Assembly (NCBI GenBank): GCA_950097015.1
Contig: CATNEN010000038.1
Location: 30,752,001 to 30,816,000, forward strand
Reading direction: 5' to 3'
Length of the DNA stretch: 64,000 nt
From: Macrostomum hystrix
Taxonomy: Eukaryota; Animalia; Platyhelminthes
The position numbers and the translations under genes were made by a program. This document shows, piece by piece, positions 37,940 to 50,383 of the stretch (its first letter is position 1; every line of letters begins with the position of its first letter). A model generated the notes under the pieces. That model was not told the origin of the DNA and searched no databases. It saw nothing but the letters and a program-made list of their open reading frames with translations.

Positions 37940-40660
37940 AGAGTGTTAGATAGGTGAGAGTTTGAGATGGGTGAGAGTGTGAGATGGGTGAGAGTGTGAG
38001 ATGGGTGAGAGTGTGAGATGGGTGAGAGTGTGAGATGGGTGAGAGTGTGAGATGGGTGAGAGGATGAGATGGGTGAGATTGGTGAGAGTGTGAGATGGGT
38101 GAGAGTGTGAGATGGGTGAGAGTGTGAGATGGGTGAGAGTGTGAGATGGGTGAGATTGCGAGATGGGTGAGAGTGTGAGATGGGTGAGAGTGTGAGATGG
38201 GTGAGAGAATGAGATGGGTGAGATTGGTGAGAGTGTGAGATTGGTGAGGGTGTGAGATGGGTGAAAGTATGAGGTGCGTGAGAGTATGAGATAGGTGAGA
38301 GTGTGGGTGAGAGGATGAGATGGGTGAGAGTATGAGATGGGTGAGAGTGTGAGATGGGTGAGAGTGTGAGATGGGTGAGAGGATGAGATGGGTGAGTGTG
38401 AGATGGGTGAGAGTGTGAGATGGGTGAGTGTGAGATGGGTGAGAGGATGAGATGGGTGAGAGTATGAGATGGGTGAGTGTGAGATGGGTGAGAGTGTGAG
38501 ATGGGTGAGAGGATGAGATGGGTGAGAGTGTGAGATAGGTGACAGTGTGAGATGGGTGAGAGTGTGAGATGGGTGAGAGTGTGAGATGGGTGAGAGTACG
38601 AGATGGGTGAGAGTGTGAGATGGGTGAGAGTGTGAGATGGGTGAGAGTATGAAATGGGTGAGAGAATGAGATGGGTGAGATTGCGAGATGGGTGAGAGTG
38701 TGAGATGGGTGAGAGTGTGAGATGGGTGAGAGTGTGAGATGGGTGAGAGTGTGAGATGGGTGAGAGGATAAGATGGGTGAGTGTGAGATGGGTGAGAGTG
38801 TGGGATGGGTGAGAGTATGAGATGGGTGAGAGTGTGAGATGGGTGAGAGTATGATATGGGTGAGAGTGTGAGATGGGTGAGAGTATGAGATGGGTGAGTG
38901 TGAGATGGGTGAGAGTGTGAGATGGGTGAGAGTGTGAGATGGGTGAGAGTATGAGATGGGTGAGTGTGAGATGGGTGAGAGTATGAGATGGGTGAGTGTG
39001 AGATGGGTGAGAGGATGAGATGGGTGAGTGTGAGATGGGTGAGTGTGAGATGGGTGAGAGGATGAGGTGGGTGAGTGTGAGATGGGTGAGAGGATGAGGT
39101 GGGTGAGTGTGAGATGGGTGAGAGGATGAGGTGGGTGAGTGTGAGATGGGTGAGAGGATGAGGTGGGTGAGTGTGAGATGGGTGAGAGTATGAGATGGGT
39201 GAGAGTGTGAGATGGGTGAGAGGATGAGATGGGTGAGTGTGAGATGGGTGAGAGGATGAGGTGGGTGAGTGTGAGATGGGTGAGAGGATGAGGTGGGTGA
39301 GTGTGAGATGGGTGAGAGGATGAGGTGGGTGAGTGTGAGATGGGTGAGAGGATGAGGTGGGTGAGTGTGAGATGGGTGAGAGTATGAGATGGGTGAGAGT
39401 GTGAGATGGGTGAGAGGATGAGATGGGTGAGTGTGAGATGGGTGAGAGTATGAGATGGGTGAGAGTGTGAGATGGGTGAGAGGATGAGGTGGGTGAGTGT
39501 GAGATGGGTGAGAGTATGAGATGGGTGAGAGTGTGAGATGGGTGAGAGGATGAGGTGGGTGAGTGTGAGATGGGTGAGAGTGTGAGATGGGTGAGAGGAT
39601 GAGGTGGGTGAGTGTGAGATGGGTGAGAGTGTGAGATGGGTGAGAGGATGAGGTGGGTGAGTGTGAGATGGGTGAGAGGATGAGGTGGGTGAGTGTGAGG
39701 TGGGTGAGAGGATGAGGTGGGTGAGTGTGAGATGGGTGAGATTGAGATGGGTGAGAGGATGAGGTGGGTGAGTGTGAGATGGGTGAGAGTGTGAGATGGG
39801 TGAGAGTGTGAGATGGGTGAGAGGATGAGATGGGTGAGTGTGAGATGGGTGAGAGTATGAGATGGGTGAGAGTGTGAGATGGGTGAGAGGATGAGGTGGG
39901 TGAGTGTGAGATGGGTGAGAGTATGAGATGGGTGAGAGTGTGAGATGGGTGAGAGGATGAGGTGGGTGAGAGGATGAGGTGGGTGAGTGTGAGATGGGTG
40001 AGAGTGTGAGATGGGTGAGAGGATGAGGTGGGTGAGTGTGAGATGGGTGAGAGGATGAGGTGGGTGAGTGTGAGATGGGTGAGAGGATGAGGTGGGTGAG
40101 TGTGAGATGGGTGAGAGGATGAGGTGGGTGAGTGTGAGATGGGTGAGAGGATGAGGTGGGTGAGTGTGAGATGGGTGAGAGGATGAGGTGGGTGAGTGTG
40201 AGATGGGTGAGAGGATGAGGTGGGTGAGTGTGAGGTGGGTGAGAGGATGAGGTGGGTGAGTGTGAGATGGGTGAGATTGAGATGGGTGAGAGGATGAGGT
40301 GGGTGAGTGTGAGATGGGTGAGAGTGTGAGATGGGTGAGAGGATGAGGTGGGTGAGTGTGAGATGGGTGAGAGTGTGAGATGGGTGAGAGGATGAGGTGG
40401 GTGAGTGTGAGATGGGTGAGAGTGTGAGATGGGTGAGAGGATGAGGTGGGTGAGTGTGAGATGGGTGAGAGTGTGAGATGGGTGAGAGGATGAGGTGGGT
40501 GAGTGTGAGATGGGTGAGAGGATGAGGTGGGTGAGTGTGAGATGGGTGAGAGGATGAGGTGGGTGAGTGTGAGATGGGTGAGAGTATGAGATGGGTGAGT
40601 GTGAGATGGGTGAGTGTGAGATGGGTGAGATTGAGATGGGTGAGATTGAGATGGGTGGGA
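37940..40660. repeat. 17-bp minisatellite (GTGAGATGGGTGAGAGT)n turning into a 32-bp (17+15) dimer
   Basis: Direct reading; GTGAGATGGGTGAGAGGATGAGGTGGGTGAGT dominates after ~39050. Confidence 0.96.
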
Positions 40661-41435
40661 GTCTAATAGCGAATCAAGGAGGGCATTGGGGTTCTAAGAT
40701 TATTTCAAAGGCTATAACATAGCCAAGACATTCACAAAACGACACTCAGATCAAAGCGGCAAGTGTCTACAAGAAAAAGTATTGAAGCAAGCAGGCATGC
40801 AATCAGAAAAACTGCAAGAAGCTCTCCAATCAAGTTTAGCGGCAGCGCAAAGTTTACAAGTTTACTGCACTAATACATGCCAAGCATATCTTCTTCACGA
40901 CCTGCTCTCCTATTGCTCTATTGATAGCTAGGCTGGGCTAGTGCCAACTTTTCTAAATTATTTGTCCACTTTTTTTGCTTTGAAAGCCGCCCAGCGAGGC
41001 TGGTCTGTGCTCTCCGAAACCAAGCCAAAGAAGATGAGCTTGAATTCAAAGAGGCCGTGAGTTAGATTGAAGCATCTATTAGTAGCTGTCTTCTATCATA
41101 GTGGCCCCATAGGCAGTACATGGAAAAACTAATTTAGCGACATATTTTTAGTCATATTCCGAGTGCAGATATGGAATAAACTAATTTTGCTGCAACACTG
41201 CATCGGTTCTGAGAGCGTTTGAATAACAACTAAAATTAATAACTGACTGCTTACAGGCAAATAGACTTTACGATTGTAGTGTGATATTTTGTCCAAAACA
41301 TTATTCATTTGATGCTGGCATATTTTATATTGTTTTCTGAATCCTCAATCTATCTACTTTCTGGAATAGTAGTATACGACGTGTTTCGATGAACTATTAA
41401 TTAATGAGAAAATTTACTGTCAAAGAAAATCCAGA

Positions 41436-42452
41436 ATAGACAGTAGACCAGACAGACAGTAGAACAGACAGACAGTAGACCAGACAGACAGTAGAACAGA
41501 CAGACAGTAGAACAGACAGACAGACAGTAGAACAGACAGAGAGTAGATCAGACAGACAGTAGACCAGACAGACAGTAGAACAGACAGACAGTAGAACAGA
41601 CAGACAGTAGAACAGACAGACAGTAGAACAGACAGACAGTAGAACAGACAGACAGTAGAACAGACAGACAGTAGAACAGACAGACAGTAGATCAGACAGA
41701 CAGTAGACCAGACAGACAGTAGAACAGACAGACAGTAGAACAGACAGACAGTAGAGCAGACAGACAGTAGACCAGACAGACAGTAGAACAGACAGACAGT
41801 AGAACAGACAGACAGTAGAGCAGACAGACAGTAGACCAGACAGACAGTAGAGCAGACAGACAGTAGACCAGACAGACAGTAGAACAGACAGACAGTAGAA
41901 CAGACAGACAGTAGAACAGACAGACAGTAGAACAGACAGACAGTAGAACAGACAGACAGTAGACCAGACAGACAGTAGAACAGACAGACAGTAGACCAGA
42001 CAGACAGTAGAACAGACAGACAGTAGAACAGACAGACAGTAGAACAGACAGACAGTAGAACAGACAGACAGTAGACCAGACAGACAGTAGAACAGACAGG
42101 CAGTAGAACAGACAGACAGTAGAACAGACAGACAGTAGAGCAGACAGACAGTAGACCAGACAGACAGTAGAACAGACAGACAGTAGATCAGACAGACAGT
42201 AGAACAGACAGACAGACAGTAGACCAGACAGACAGTAGACCAGACAGACAGTAGAACAGACAGACAGTAGACCAGACAGACAGTAGAACAAACAGACAGT
42301 AGAACAGACAGACAGACAGTAGAACAGACAGACAGTAGAACAGACAGACAGTAGAACAGACAGACAGACAGTAGAACAGACAGACAGTAGAGCAGACAGA
42401 CAGTAGAACAGACAGACAGTAGAGCAGACAGACAGTAGAACAGACAGACAGC
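41436..42452. repeat. 16-bp minisatellite (CAGACAGACAGTAGAA)n
   Basis: Direct reading of tandem units. Confidence 0.97.
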
Positions 42453-43149
42453 ATGATATGAAAAGCAACACAGGCGTTGAAGCCAAAGAAGCAGGAAACT
42501 TTACAAAGAGTGATGCTGAAAAAAGATTAGAACATTTTTCACAGTCGGGCTGAGCAAAGCGAGGTCGATCCGTGCAGCTTTTATTGTTGACTTGGTAAAT
42601 AATTCATAATTATTTAGCTCCAACTTCTACATGTGGAAGTGTTTCGCTCGTGCGGTGTTGCCAAATGATTGGATTGGCAAAGCATACTATACGACTCTAG
42701 AGGCTAATAGTATAAGCCGAAGAAGACCATAAACTTCTGCATTTGTTTATGTGTGTGTGTGTGGGAGCGTGTGTATGCGTGTGTGTGCATCTTGGCTTAT
42801 TGAATTCATCTCTCGCGATGGGGCTTCTTCGAACAGAGAATTGCGTTCAGAAAGAAGAAATCTACCAAACTGGTCTAAACTTGGTTTACCGCTCATTCTC
42901 TGTCTCTAATACACAGTGGGACAAGTGCATCAGGCACAAAGATGGTTGCTAGCTGATAAAATTCTTCTGCTGGAAAATGTGCCCCTGGCCGAGCGTAAGC
43001 CTGTGTAGGACTACGGGTCAGGAGACAGGACAGACCGTGTCGTTTAGCTATAGTTGCTTAGGAATTCGGAGAGGTTTGCCGACCTCGCCGCGGATTCGAG
43101 CTCAGGAAGGATCACCTTCCTCAATTGGGTCAGATGTGCAGCCGCAGCT

Positions 43150-43365
43150 ACCGCGAGTGGCGCATCTGAAGGCTGCGTACGGCTGTTCAGTCCATGGACT
43201 AAGGGCCGACGCCACATCCACCCCCAATTACCCGAGCTGATGCTGGTATTCATCTAACAGCTGGGTGAAATGAAGCAATGCGAGTTAAGTGTCTTGGTAG
43301 AGGTCACTAATTGTTCCAGTGGAGTCAGGAATCGAACCCCTGACCTTCGAGTCAGCGGCACCCAG
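43150..43365 (-). mobile_element. tRNA-derived SINE with CORE/V-like central domain
   Basis: Minus strand: B-box GGTTCGATTCC then CAAGACACTTAACTCGCATTGCTTCATTTCACCCAGCTGT..ATGAATACC, resembling the conserved CORE/V SINE domain. Confidence 0.7.
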
Positions 43366-44389
43366 AAGAGTTGCATTGGAGGTCGCATATTACTACGTGA
43401 GTAGTGTATTCAGTCGTCGAATGACTCTGCCCCGAGAAAGATATGGAACTCACCCAAAACCCAAGCTTGATTCAGACACTGCATGTTCGCTACAATAAGC
43501 CACTACAACACGCCATGCTCAGTACCGAGTGCTTAGAAATTGAGCCAGTGTCTCTGCTAGTCGCCATTTCTGTCCTCAACTCGCCCTGGGAGTTTTTCAA
43601 TGCCGTCTGTGCAGACAAAAAATAGCTTTCTCTATCCCCTCACAAAGACGCTTTTGCTCAAATGCAACGCACTCGTTCAGACCTCAAAAACCTTTTGCTC
43701 TGAGGTCTTCTCCGGCTTCTTCCCAGCCTTCTCTGCTCCCTCCTTTCTCAACCGCCTTCCTCCTCAATGCATTCCTTCTCCACCTCAAGTCCTCGCCGTC
43801 GCCAGCGCGCTTGTGTGTCCGAGGAATTGCAAGGCAGTCCTCAGCCGACCCTATCAGCGGCAGCCATGGCTCAGTAGCGTCATTCCCCGTTGCAGACTGC
43901 AAACACACACACACACACCACCCACTGTGGCCCTAATAATCCCTGACCAACCTCATGACCAAACTCCCAATCCAACCGTCTGTCTATCCTCCGCTATCTC
44001 CTCTCTCCTGCCTTATCCAATGGCTCATTGCTAGCAGTCTCTACCCCAGTCGTCCCCCACTCTCGCCTCCTCATCTCTCTAACTCGCTACTGCTGTGCCA
44101 TCCTTCCGTTCCTCAGCGCCCCCTTCTACTCCTATCTGGCGGGGCGCTAGTCCGCATACATTATCCCTAGTAAATGCACCGCACCAGCTGTGGCCTCCGC
44201 GACCCCAGCTGCTCGCGTATCGCGTGTTGCCCCCACTTGTTAAACGAGGCGTCTTTTAGCTGCTAATTCTATTTAAAAAAGACTGACATTTACCTGGCAT
44301 TAAAACTCCATTAATACACTCGCATGCTTTTGAATTGCCAGAGTTTAATTTGTAATTAAAGCTATCATCCTGAGCAAGACAACTCAGCA

Positions 44390-47300
44390 ATGAGTCTACT
44401 AGAAATTGACGTCAAAGATGAAAGCAACCTGGCCATTGTTGCCAACAGCTGTCCGTTGACGGCCTCCGAGGACAATCCTATTGGATGTTTCCCTTTGTCA
44501 GGCCTGTTCGAGGCGGTAGCCAGTGCCGATCCGCTTCAGGTGAGTGACGCTCTTCTCACTTTGCCGCAAACGGTGGATCTGAACTGTCGCGACCACAACG
44601 GCGATACCGTGGTTCATGTTGCCGCAGCCAGCGGTTCTGTGGAAGTCCTGACGGTTCTGGAACGTCGCGGCGCCGATCTGCACCAGCTAAATGTCGACTG
44701 CGAGAATGGCTTACATTTAGCCAGCCGAAGTGGCAACGACGAAGTTGCGCGATTCTTCCTGGACCGGTCGGTTTGCCTGGACGGCCAGAATCGAGCAGGC
44801 GAGACGCCGCTCCACCTGGCCTGCCGAGCGGGCCACCTGCCAGTTTTGCGGCTTCTGCTGCTTGGCAACCGGCGCGCCAGTCCCAACCAACGCGACCGAC
44901 TGCATCAGCGAACGCCACTAGTCGCTGCGATTTCCGAGATAGCCAGTGAGTCCGTTGGAATTGAAATTGTGCGAGTTCTACTTCGCGCCGGCGCCCGGCC
45001 TGAGCTGGTCGACAGCGTGGGCTGGGGACCACTCAGGCACGCCATTCAGAGGCAGCACCAGGCCACTGCAATGCTGCTAATTAGTGCTGGTGCTCCGCTC
45101 GATCAGGGCGATTTGAGTGAGCGCGACACACCGCTGCATGTCGCGAGTCGCTCAGGCCAGCTGCCAGTTGTTCAGGCTCTTTGCGCATACGGCTGTCGAG
45201 TTGATGCTATGAACGCGCAGGGTCTCACTCCTCTGCACCAGACATCCAGGGCTGGTCATCTTGAGGTTATTCGCTGCCTACTGCTGGCTGGCGCGAATCC
45301 TCAGACACCAAGCCGAGAGGGCCTCCTGCCTGAGGTAATGGCTCTCGCTCAGGGACATTCGGTCACCGCCAGCCTGCTTGGCCGAATGCGACCGGAGAGA
45401 CGCGCTGTCTGCGTTGAACAGCTGTTGCCCACTCAGAGGAATTTGCCACGCATTAAGCTGAAGGTGTTCGGCCACAGCGGTAGCGGTAAGACAACACTAA
45501 TCGACAGTCTGCGATCTAATCGCATCACCGGTTTCCTGCGTCGAACATTCCTTACTGGCGGTAGTGGCGGAGGCACTGGCAGCAGTGGATCATCGGGCCA
45601 AATAAAAGTCGGTGACTGTGACGACGACATCGATCGACGCCAGTGCTTCTCGCTGCTACAGCGCTCATCTGCGCCCTCCGAAATAAGCTTCGACGCGCAA
45701 CACGACGCCTACACGCGGGGAATCGCCGTTCAGAACCTCAACATAACTGGGGCTGGAGATTTCAGCGTGTGGGACTTCTCCGGCTACGAACCGTACTATA
45801 TTTTCTACGACCACTTTATCGGCGATACTTCGTGCGTACATGTTATTCTGTTTAGCCTGGCAGAAAGCTACGAAACTATGCGCAACCGAGTGCTGTTCTG
45901 GCTGCACTTTCTGCTGGGCAGGCTTCCAGCTAGAGAACCTCTAGGCTACTGCGGCAAGCCGCGAACGCTGGCCCGACTGATGCTGATCGGCACCCACGCA
46001 GACGCCGCGACAGTGTTTCGGGGCGATGGACCACGAAGTCTCCTGGAGAGCGCCGATGCTGAAAGGCTGCTTTGCGAAGTCCAGGATTTGGCACAGTATC
46101 GGCTCGACGTTTGCCCGGAGGTTTTCGCTGTAGACACAAGCGAAGCGATGTCGGCCGAGATGAAGTCGCTGCGTCAGCGTCTAGCTGATTACCGCACTGA
46201 CATCCTACGACACCTGCCGCGGGCAAATGGCTTACTTGACAACGTTGCCAGCAAAATATCTGACTGGGTTGGAGCCACAGAGTTTCCTGTCTTCACATGG
46301 CAGCAGTTTGTTGAAACTGTTCGCAGTAAAGTCAATCCACTGTGCTCCGAGGATCATCTAAAAGATCTCATCCAGGAACTGCAGTACACTGGTGACGTTG
46401 TCTACCTTGAGTCCGAGGCCGAACAGGATATGATAGTGCTCAGTCCCCAGTGGCTTTGCTCCAACGTGCTTGGCTATCTGCTTTCATATGACAACATTGC
46501 GCAGGCGCGTGTCACTGGCACCTTCTCCGTAGATGATGTTCAATTCATGACTGGCGAGACCGCAGCCGACCAGCTGGTCCGACTGCTGTCCGCCATGGAC
46601 CTCTGTGCACGCGCTGACTCGAGCGACTGCGGAGAAGAAGCTGAAGGCGACGACGATGTTCAGTACGAGTTTCCTTGCTTAAACTTTCTGGAAAGTGGTC
46701 GAGGTCCCTGGGAGCCGACACCTCAGCACGAGACATCAGTTTACGGCGGACTGCAGCTGAAGGCCTCAGTGGCCGCCTCTCAGTTAGTGCACATATTTCC
46801 TCGAGTTCAGTGTCGCCTGCGTCGAAGTCTTCAGGTCGCTTCTGCACAATCGACACAATCGGAGCAGTTACGCATGGAGCTATTTCAGTGGTTCCATGGC
46901 TCTAAACTTACGCTGGATGGCTGCGTTGAATGCATGCTACAGCTCGAGGAGTCGGACCAGTTGATTCGTCTGCGAGCCAGAGGTCCTCCCGCACGAGCCC
47001 GGCTTCTCTTTTGCATCTGTCATGACGTGGCTGCAATGGTTGAGCAAACCATCGACGATATGTGCCCCGGCCTTGAATTTGAAATAGGCATGCTTAGTCC
47101 GCGGGAACTGCGTCGTCACCCGAGTAAGCTCCGGCAGATCGTGCCTCAAAGCTCAGTCTTTCGCGTCATGCTGGAATATCGACGCGCCGGCGTCGACACC
47201 GCGGAGACAGCCGGCAACTTGACCAGCTTCCCGCCACCCGCCATTCAGATCGCCATGTCCGGCGGCAGCACCGGAACAGGAGACAGGATCTCAGGACAGG

Positions 47301-47713
47301 AGGAAGGGGAGGACGACCTCGAGAACTTGATCTGCTTCGGCAGTCGGGAACTGTTGTCGCATCTCACGCTGGGCCCTCAACTCGCGCTCTCCATGCTTCG
47401 AGCTCCAACATTGCAGCGCTTGTGCAGAATGTTTGACCCGCCAGATCCCCTAGGCAAGGATTGGTGCCTGCTGGCTGTTCGTCTCGGCCTGATCCGCTGT
47501 GTGCCAGCTGTTCACAGCGGCAACGAGTGGCTGCGCAGCCGCACCGCCGTTCTGCTCGACGAATGGCGCAGAGTTGCCGGTGCCAAAGCTGCGAACGTCG
47601 GGGCTCTGGTTGACGTCCTACGCGAGATGGGCCGAGAAGACGCGTGCGAGCTGCTCATTTCGCAGGCGCCGATGTTTGCCTTTGTACCTACGGACAGTGA
47701 AGAGGCTGTCTAA
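44390..47713 (+). CDS. DAPK1: Death-associated protein kinase 1-like Roco protein (ankyrin repeats, ROC GTPase, COR, death domain); no kinase domain in this ORF
   Basis: 1107-aa ORF: about 8 ANK repeats (GETPLHLAC, DTPLHVAS, GLTPLHQTS), P-loop GHSGSGKTTL, SVWDFSGYEPYYIFYDHFIGD, LIGTHAD, COR (LSPQWLCSNVLG), and the DAPK-diagnostic death-domain DPPDPLGKDWCLLAVRLGL. Confidence 0.9.
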   Translation: MSLLEIDVKDESNLAIVANSCPLTASEDNPIGCFPLSGLFEAVASADPLQVSDALLTLPQTVDLNCRDHNGDTVVHVAAASGSVEVLTVLERRGADLHQLNVDCENGLHLASRSGNDEVARFFLDRSVCLDGQNRAGETPLHLACRAGHLPVLRLLLLGNRRASPNQRDRLHQRTPLVAAISEIASESVGIEIVRVLLRAGARPELVDSVGWGPLRHAIQRQHQATAMLLISAGAPLDQGDLSERDTPLHVASRSGQLPVVQALCAYGCRVDAMNAQGLTPLHQTSRAGHLEVIRCLLLAGANPQTPSREGLLPEVMALAQGHSVTASLLGRMRPERRAVCVEQLLPTQRNLPRIKLKVFGHSGSGKTTLIDSLRSNRITGFLRRTFLTGGSGGGTGSSGSSGQIKVGDCDDDIDRRQCFSLLQRSSAPSEISFDAQHDAYTRGIAVQNLNITGAGDFSVWDFSGYEPYYIFYDHFIGDTSCVHVILFSLAESYETMRNRVLFWLHFLLGRLPAREPLGYCGKPRTLARLMLIGTHADAATVFRGDGPRSLLESADAERLLCEVQDLAQYRLDVCPEVFAVDTSEAMSAEMKSLRQRLADYRTDILRHLPRANGLLDNVASKISDWVGATEFPVFTWQQFVETVRSKVNPLCSEDHLKDLIQELQYTGDVVYLESEAEQDMIVLSPQWLCSNVLGYLLSYDNIAQARVTGTFSVDDVQFMTGETAADQLVRLLSAMDLCARADSSDCGEEAEGDDDVQYEFPCLNFLESGRGPWEPTPQHETSVYGGLQLKASVAASQLVHIFPRVQCRLRRSLQVASAQSTQSEQLRMELFQWFHGSKLTLDGCVECMLQLEESDQLIRLRARGPPARARLLFCICHDVAAMVEQTIDDMCPGLEFEIGMLSPRELRRHPSKLRQIVPQSSVFRVMLEYRRAGVDTAETAGNLTSFPPPAIQIAMSGGSTGTGDRISGQEEGEDDLENLICFGSRELLSHLTLGPQLALSMLRAPTLQRLCRMFDPPDPLGKDWCLLAVRLGLIRCVPAVHSGNEWLRSRTAVLLDEWRRVAGAKAANVGALVDVLREMGREDACELLISQAPMFAFVPTDSEEAV

Positions 47714-47994
47714 GGCTGCTATACCCATGCTTTGTTTTGTAGCGCACAAAACCTTTGTTTAAGCAGCCAAACATGTATGGATGGGATCCATAAGGCTTTC
47801 ATGCAAATCTAGTGGTATTATACACGAGTCTCATTTCTAGTTCAAAGCTCATCTTACCAGCTTACACAAATTATTGTACATTTCGTGATGCTGTATTTGT
47901 TGTGTTTTGGCGCAATAATATTTTCAATATTCCTCATAGTGAATTTAAAAACTTTAAAACCTGTTCAAAAACTACATTACCTGCTTTAATCTGT

Positions 47995-48381
47995 TAATAA
48001 TAATTATAATAATAACAATAATAATAATTACAATTGCAGTAGGGCTGGGCAATGGCACACAATTTGATGACACTAGACCCTCAGCCAATGAGGATGCAAT
48101 TCTGCTCATTTCGCTGGCTCCTGAGCACACACGCAAACAGATACCGCACGCAGGCATACGCTTACACAGGTGTGTACATCTGCCCTGACTTTCTCATCGT
48201 CAGGCAGTGTACACTCTCACTGTGACTTGGAGGTTGGCCCTCGAGGGCGTAAACTGCACGACTAGCTGCCAAGCCTTCTCTCCGCGGCTGCGCCCTAAGT
48301 GAATGTCGCCTCGCCGCGGAATCGAACTTAGGGACATTGGCTAAAGAGGCCAACGAATTAACAGCTCTGTCACCGAGCCCC
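47995..48381 (-). mobile_element. Near full-length tRNA-derived SINE with (ATT)n tail
   Basis: Minus-strand head GGGGCTCGGTGACAGAGCTGTTAA (A-box-like), B-box GTTCGATTCC, ~300-bp body, ATT-repeat tail; second copy at 58607-58913. Confidence 0.85.
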
Positions 48382-49594
48382 TTGCTTTAAGCTTTTATTT
48401 ATTTATGTTGGTAACTTTCTTAATTGTTCTATTATTTTTCATATGACCGCATATTCGATACTAATTCTTTAATTAAAGTTACAGCAAATATAACTTTTAA
48501 CTAACGTTTTACACAGCTTGATTCTGTTGTGCAGGTGTGAAATTGTTGCTTACAAACATTTTCTAAGTTTGCTTGTTTATTATTTTAAACATCGAACATT
48601 AAATAGTTACTGCCAAGTAATGCTCCAGTTTTCTAGTGAGATACTGTGCAATTGGCTGTTAAAGAAAGTACACCTTTTACAAGTACAAGTACTTGTACCG
48701 AAAAATCAAACTGCGTGTGTGCATGTTAGTTTTATTTCACTAACTATCAGTCTCAGTCGCTTATAATTTTGTTTCTTTGGTGAATCCGTTGCGCACATTT
48801 TCTTAGGTCAGTTTTAAGATAAACACGCGGACGAAGACAAGATATTGACGAAAATAGCAAACATGCTTTACATTTTGTATTAAAGCTATTAAATACAGTT
48901 TTCCAAGACACCAGGAAATTAGTTTAAAACAAACTCCAAAGAAACTGTCTCGCGAAGTTCAAAATGGACGAATTGGCTAAAAAACTGGTCATTCCATGTC
49001 GATTTTTTACCATGATGGTGCAAAATTTTGAGGTCTACCAATGATGTGGTAATGAATGGCTATGAGTGCACGAATGAATTTGAACGAGGGCACGCAGCGC
49101 CCTTTTGGTGCGTTTCCACCATAGACATGAAGGTTACCAAAAATAGCTTATTTCAGGCGTCTGCATGCAACAATCATGCATTGGTGCACGCTTGAAATGT
49201 CTATGGTCCAAATCAGACAGTTTGAAGTGGTAAGAGGAGGGCGCCTAGAGATTGAAGTCTATTGAAACCGGAGACCGCTGCGCAGAGATACATTCGAATC
49301 AAGAGAAATTGCCCACGGTGCTTGTGAAGAATTGAGAGAACCAGTCAGCGGTTTAATTGTCAGAAAAGTACGCGCTCACACTCGCATGCAGCGCGGGTCA
49401 TTTATATTATTTTATCAGCACGTTGGCATCAATGTACATATATTATGAACTGGATTAATGTACATACTGGCTTGGACAGGCAGGTAATAATTTAACAACG
49501 TGCTAAATGAAACGTTGCACGTGCAACGTACAGCGTGCTAATACGAGTATAGGACTAAATGAAAGGTTAGAATATTTTTATAAGCAGCGGAGCT

Positions 49595-50383
49595 CTCACA
49601 GTGCTCCTCGGGCACAACGATCCCACGGTGAAACGTCGGTCCATCACACACGATGACGACCGGAACATCGCCGATCTGCTGGCTGGCAGTCTGGACCAAC
49701 TCGGTAACGAACTGCTGAAACCGTTAACTAGTTTGTCCGCCGTTGAAGAATGTGCATTTGACCAGCCCCACAGCCGAGGAGATAACCAGGCAGTGGCTCA
49801 TGTTAGGTCCCCTCTGAGTTGTACACTGTCGGAGCACGGCCTGGCCTCGGGGTGATCGACCTTGAGTTCGGCGTGTCCATAGATTGTATCCCGTCTCGTC
49901 CACGTAGATGACGGTCGCATTCGGTGGCAGATCAGTCATAAACTGGGCGAACTCGCGTCGCTTGGCAATCACCTCCTCAGAGTTGGCGTGCATCCGAATG
50001 TCAGCTTCTTTGGTGCCGATCTTAAGGGTGTAAAGCATGCCTTTGAGAGCCCTTCCAATGGTGTTGTTTGAAATCATGGGCTTGTCTGGCAGCTGCTCGT
50101 GCAGACGCTGACGCATCCTTGTCAACGTGGCAAACGGATTGGAATCCACAATTTCCACGAGCGCATGACGCATCTCGTCATCAATCTTGCACAACTCTTG
50201 ACGTCTCCCACCGCGCGGTAGAGCGTCGCTTCTTCCCGTTGTCTCATAGACGTGGATGATGTGCTCTGCAGTCTTGGTCTTTATTCCCAGGACGTTTGAG
50301 GCCAAGCGGACATTTTGCCCAGTGGCCCAAGCATTAATCAACCGTCTCCTGTCCAGATTGGAAGTTGGTCGCAGTTGGGCCAT
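49595..50383 (-). pseudogene. IS630/Tc1-mariner (DDE) transposase, inactivated
   Basis: HTH-type N-terminus, first catalytic Asp in VIYVDETGYNLW..RTQGRSPRG; in-frame TAA at 49724, after which the frame continues to the second Asp (VVIVCDGPTFH); third acidic motif not found. ~37-bp direct repeats upstream (near 50470 and 50563). Confidence 0.85.

Noticed and set aside
36980-42486. YLLDTDK and CLSVLLSV repeat ORFs
   Set aside because: Satellite translations with no independent coding evidence.
44485-44501. Acceptor TTCCCTTTGTCAG as the true start of the DAPK exon
   Set aside because: Upstream codons (FPLSGLFEAV) align with the DAPK pre-ankyrin helix and the frame is open to the ATG; not fully excluded.
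44498-47762. Antisense and alternate-frame ORFs over the DAPK-like gene
   Set aside because: Expected shadows of a GC-rich coding sequence.
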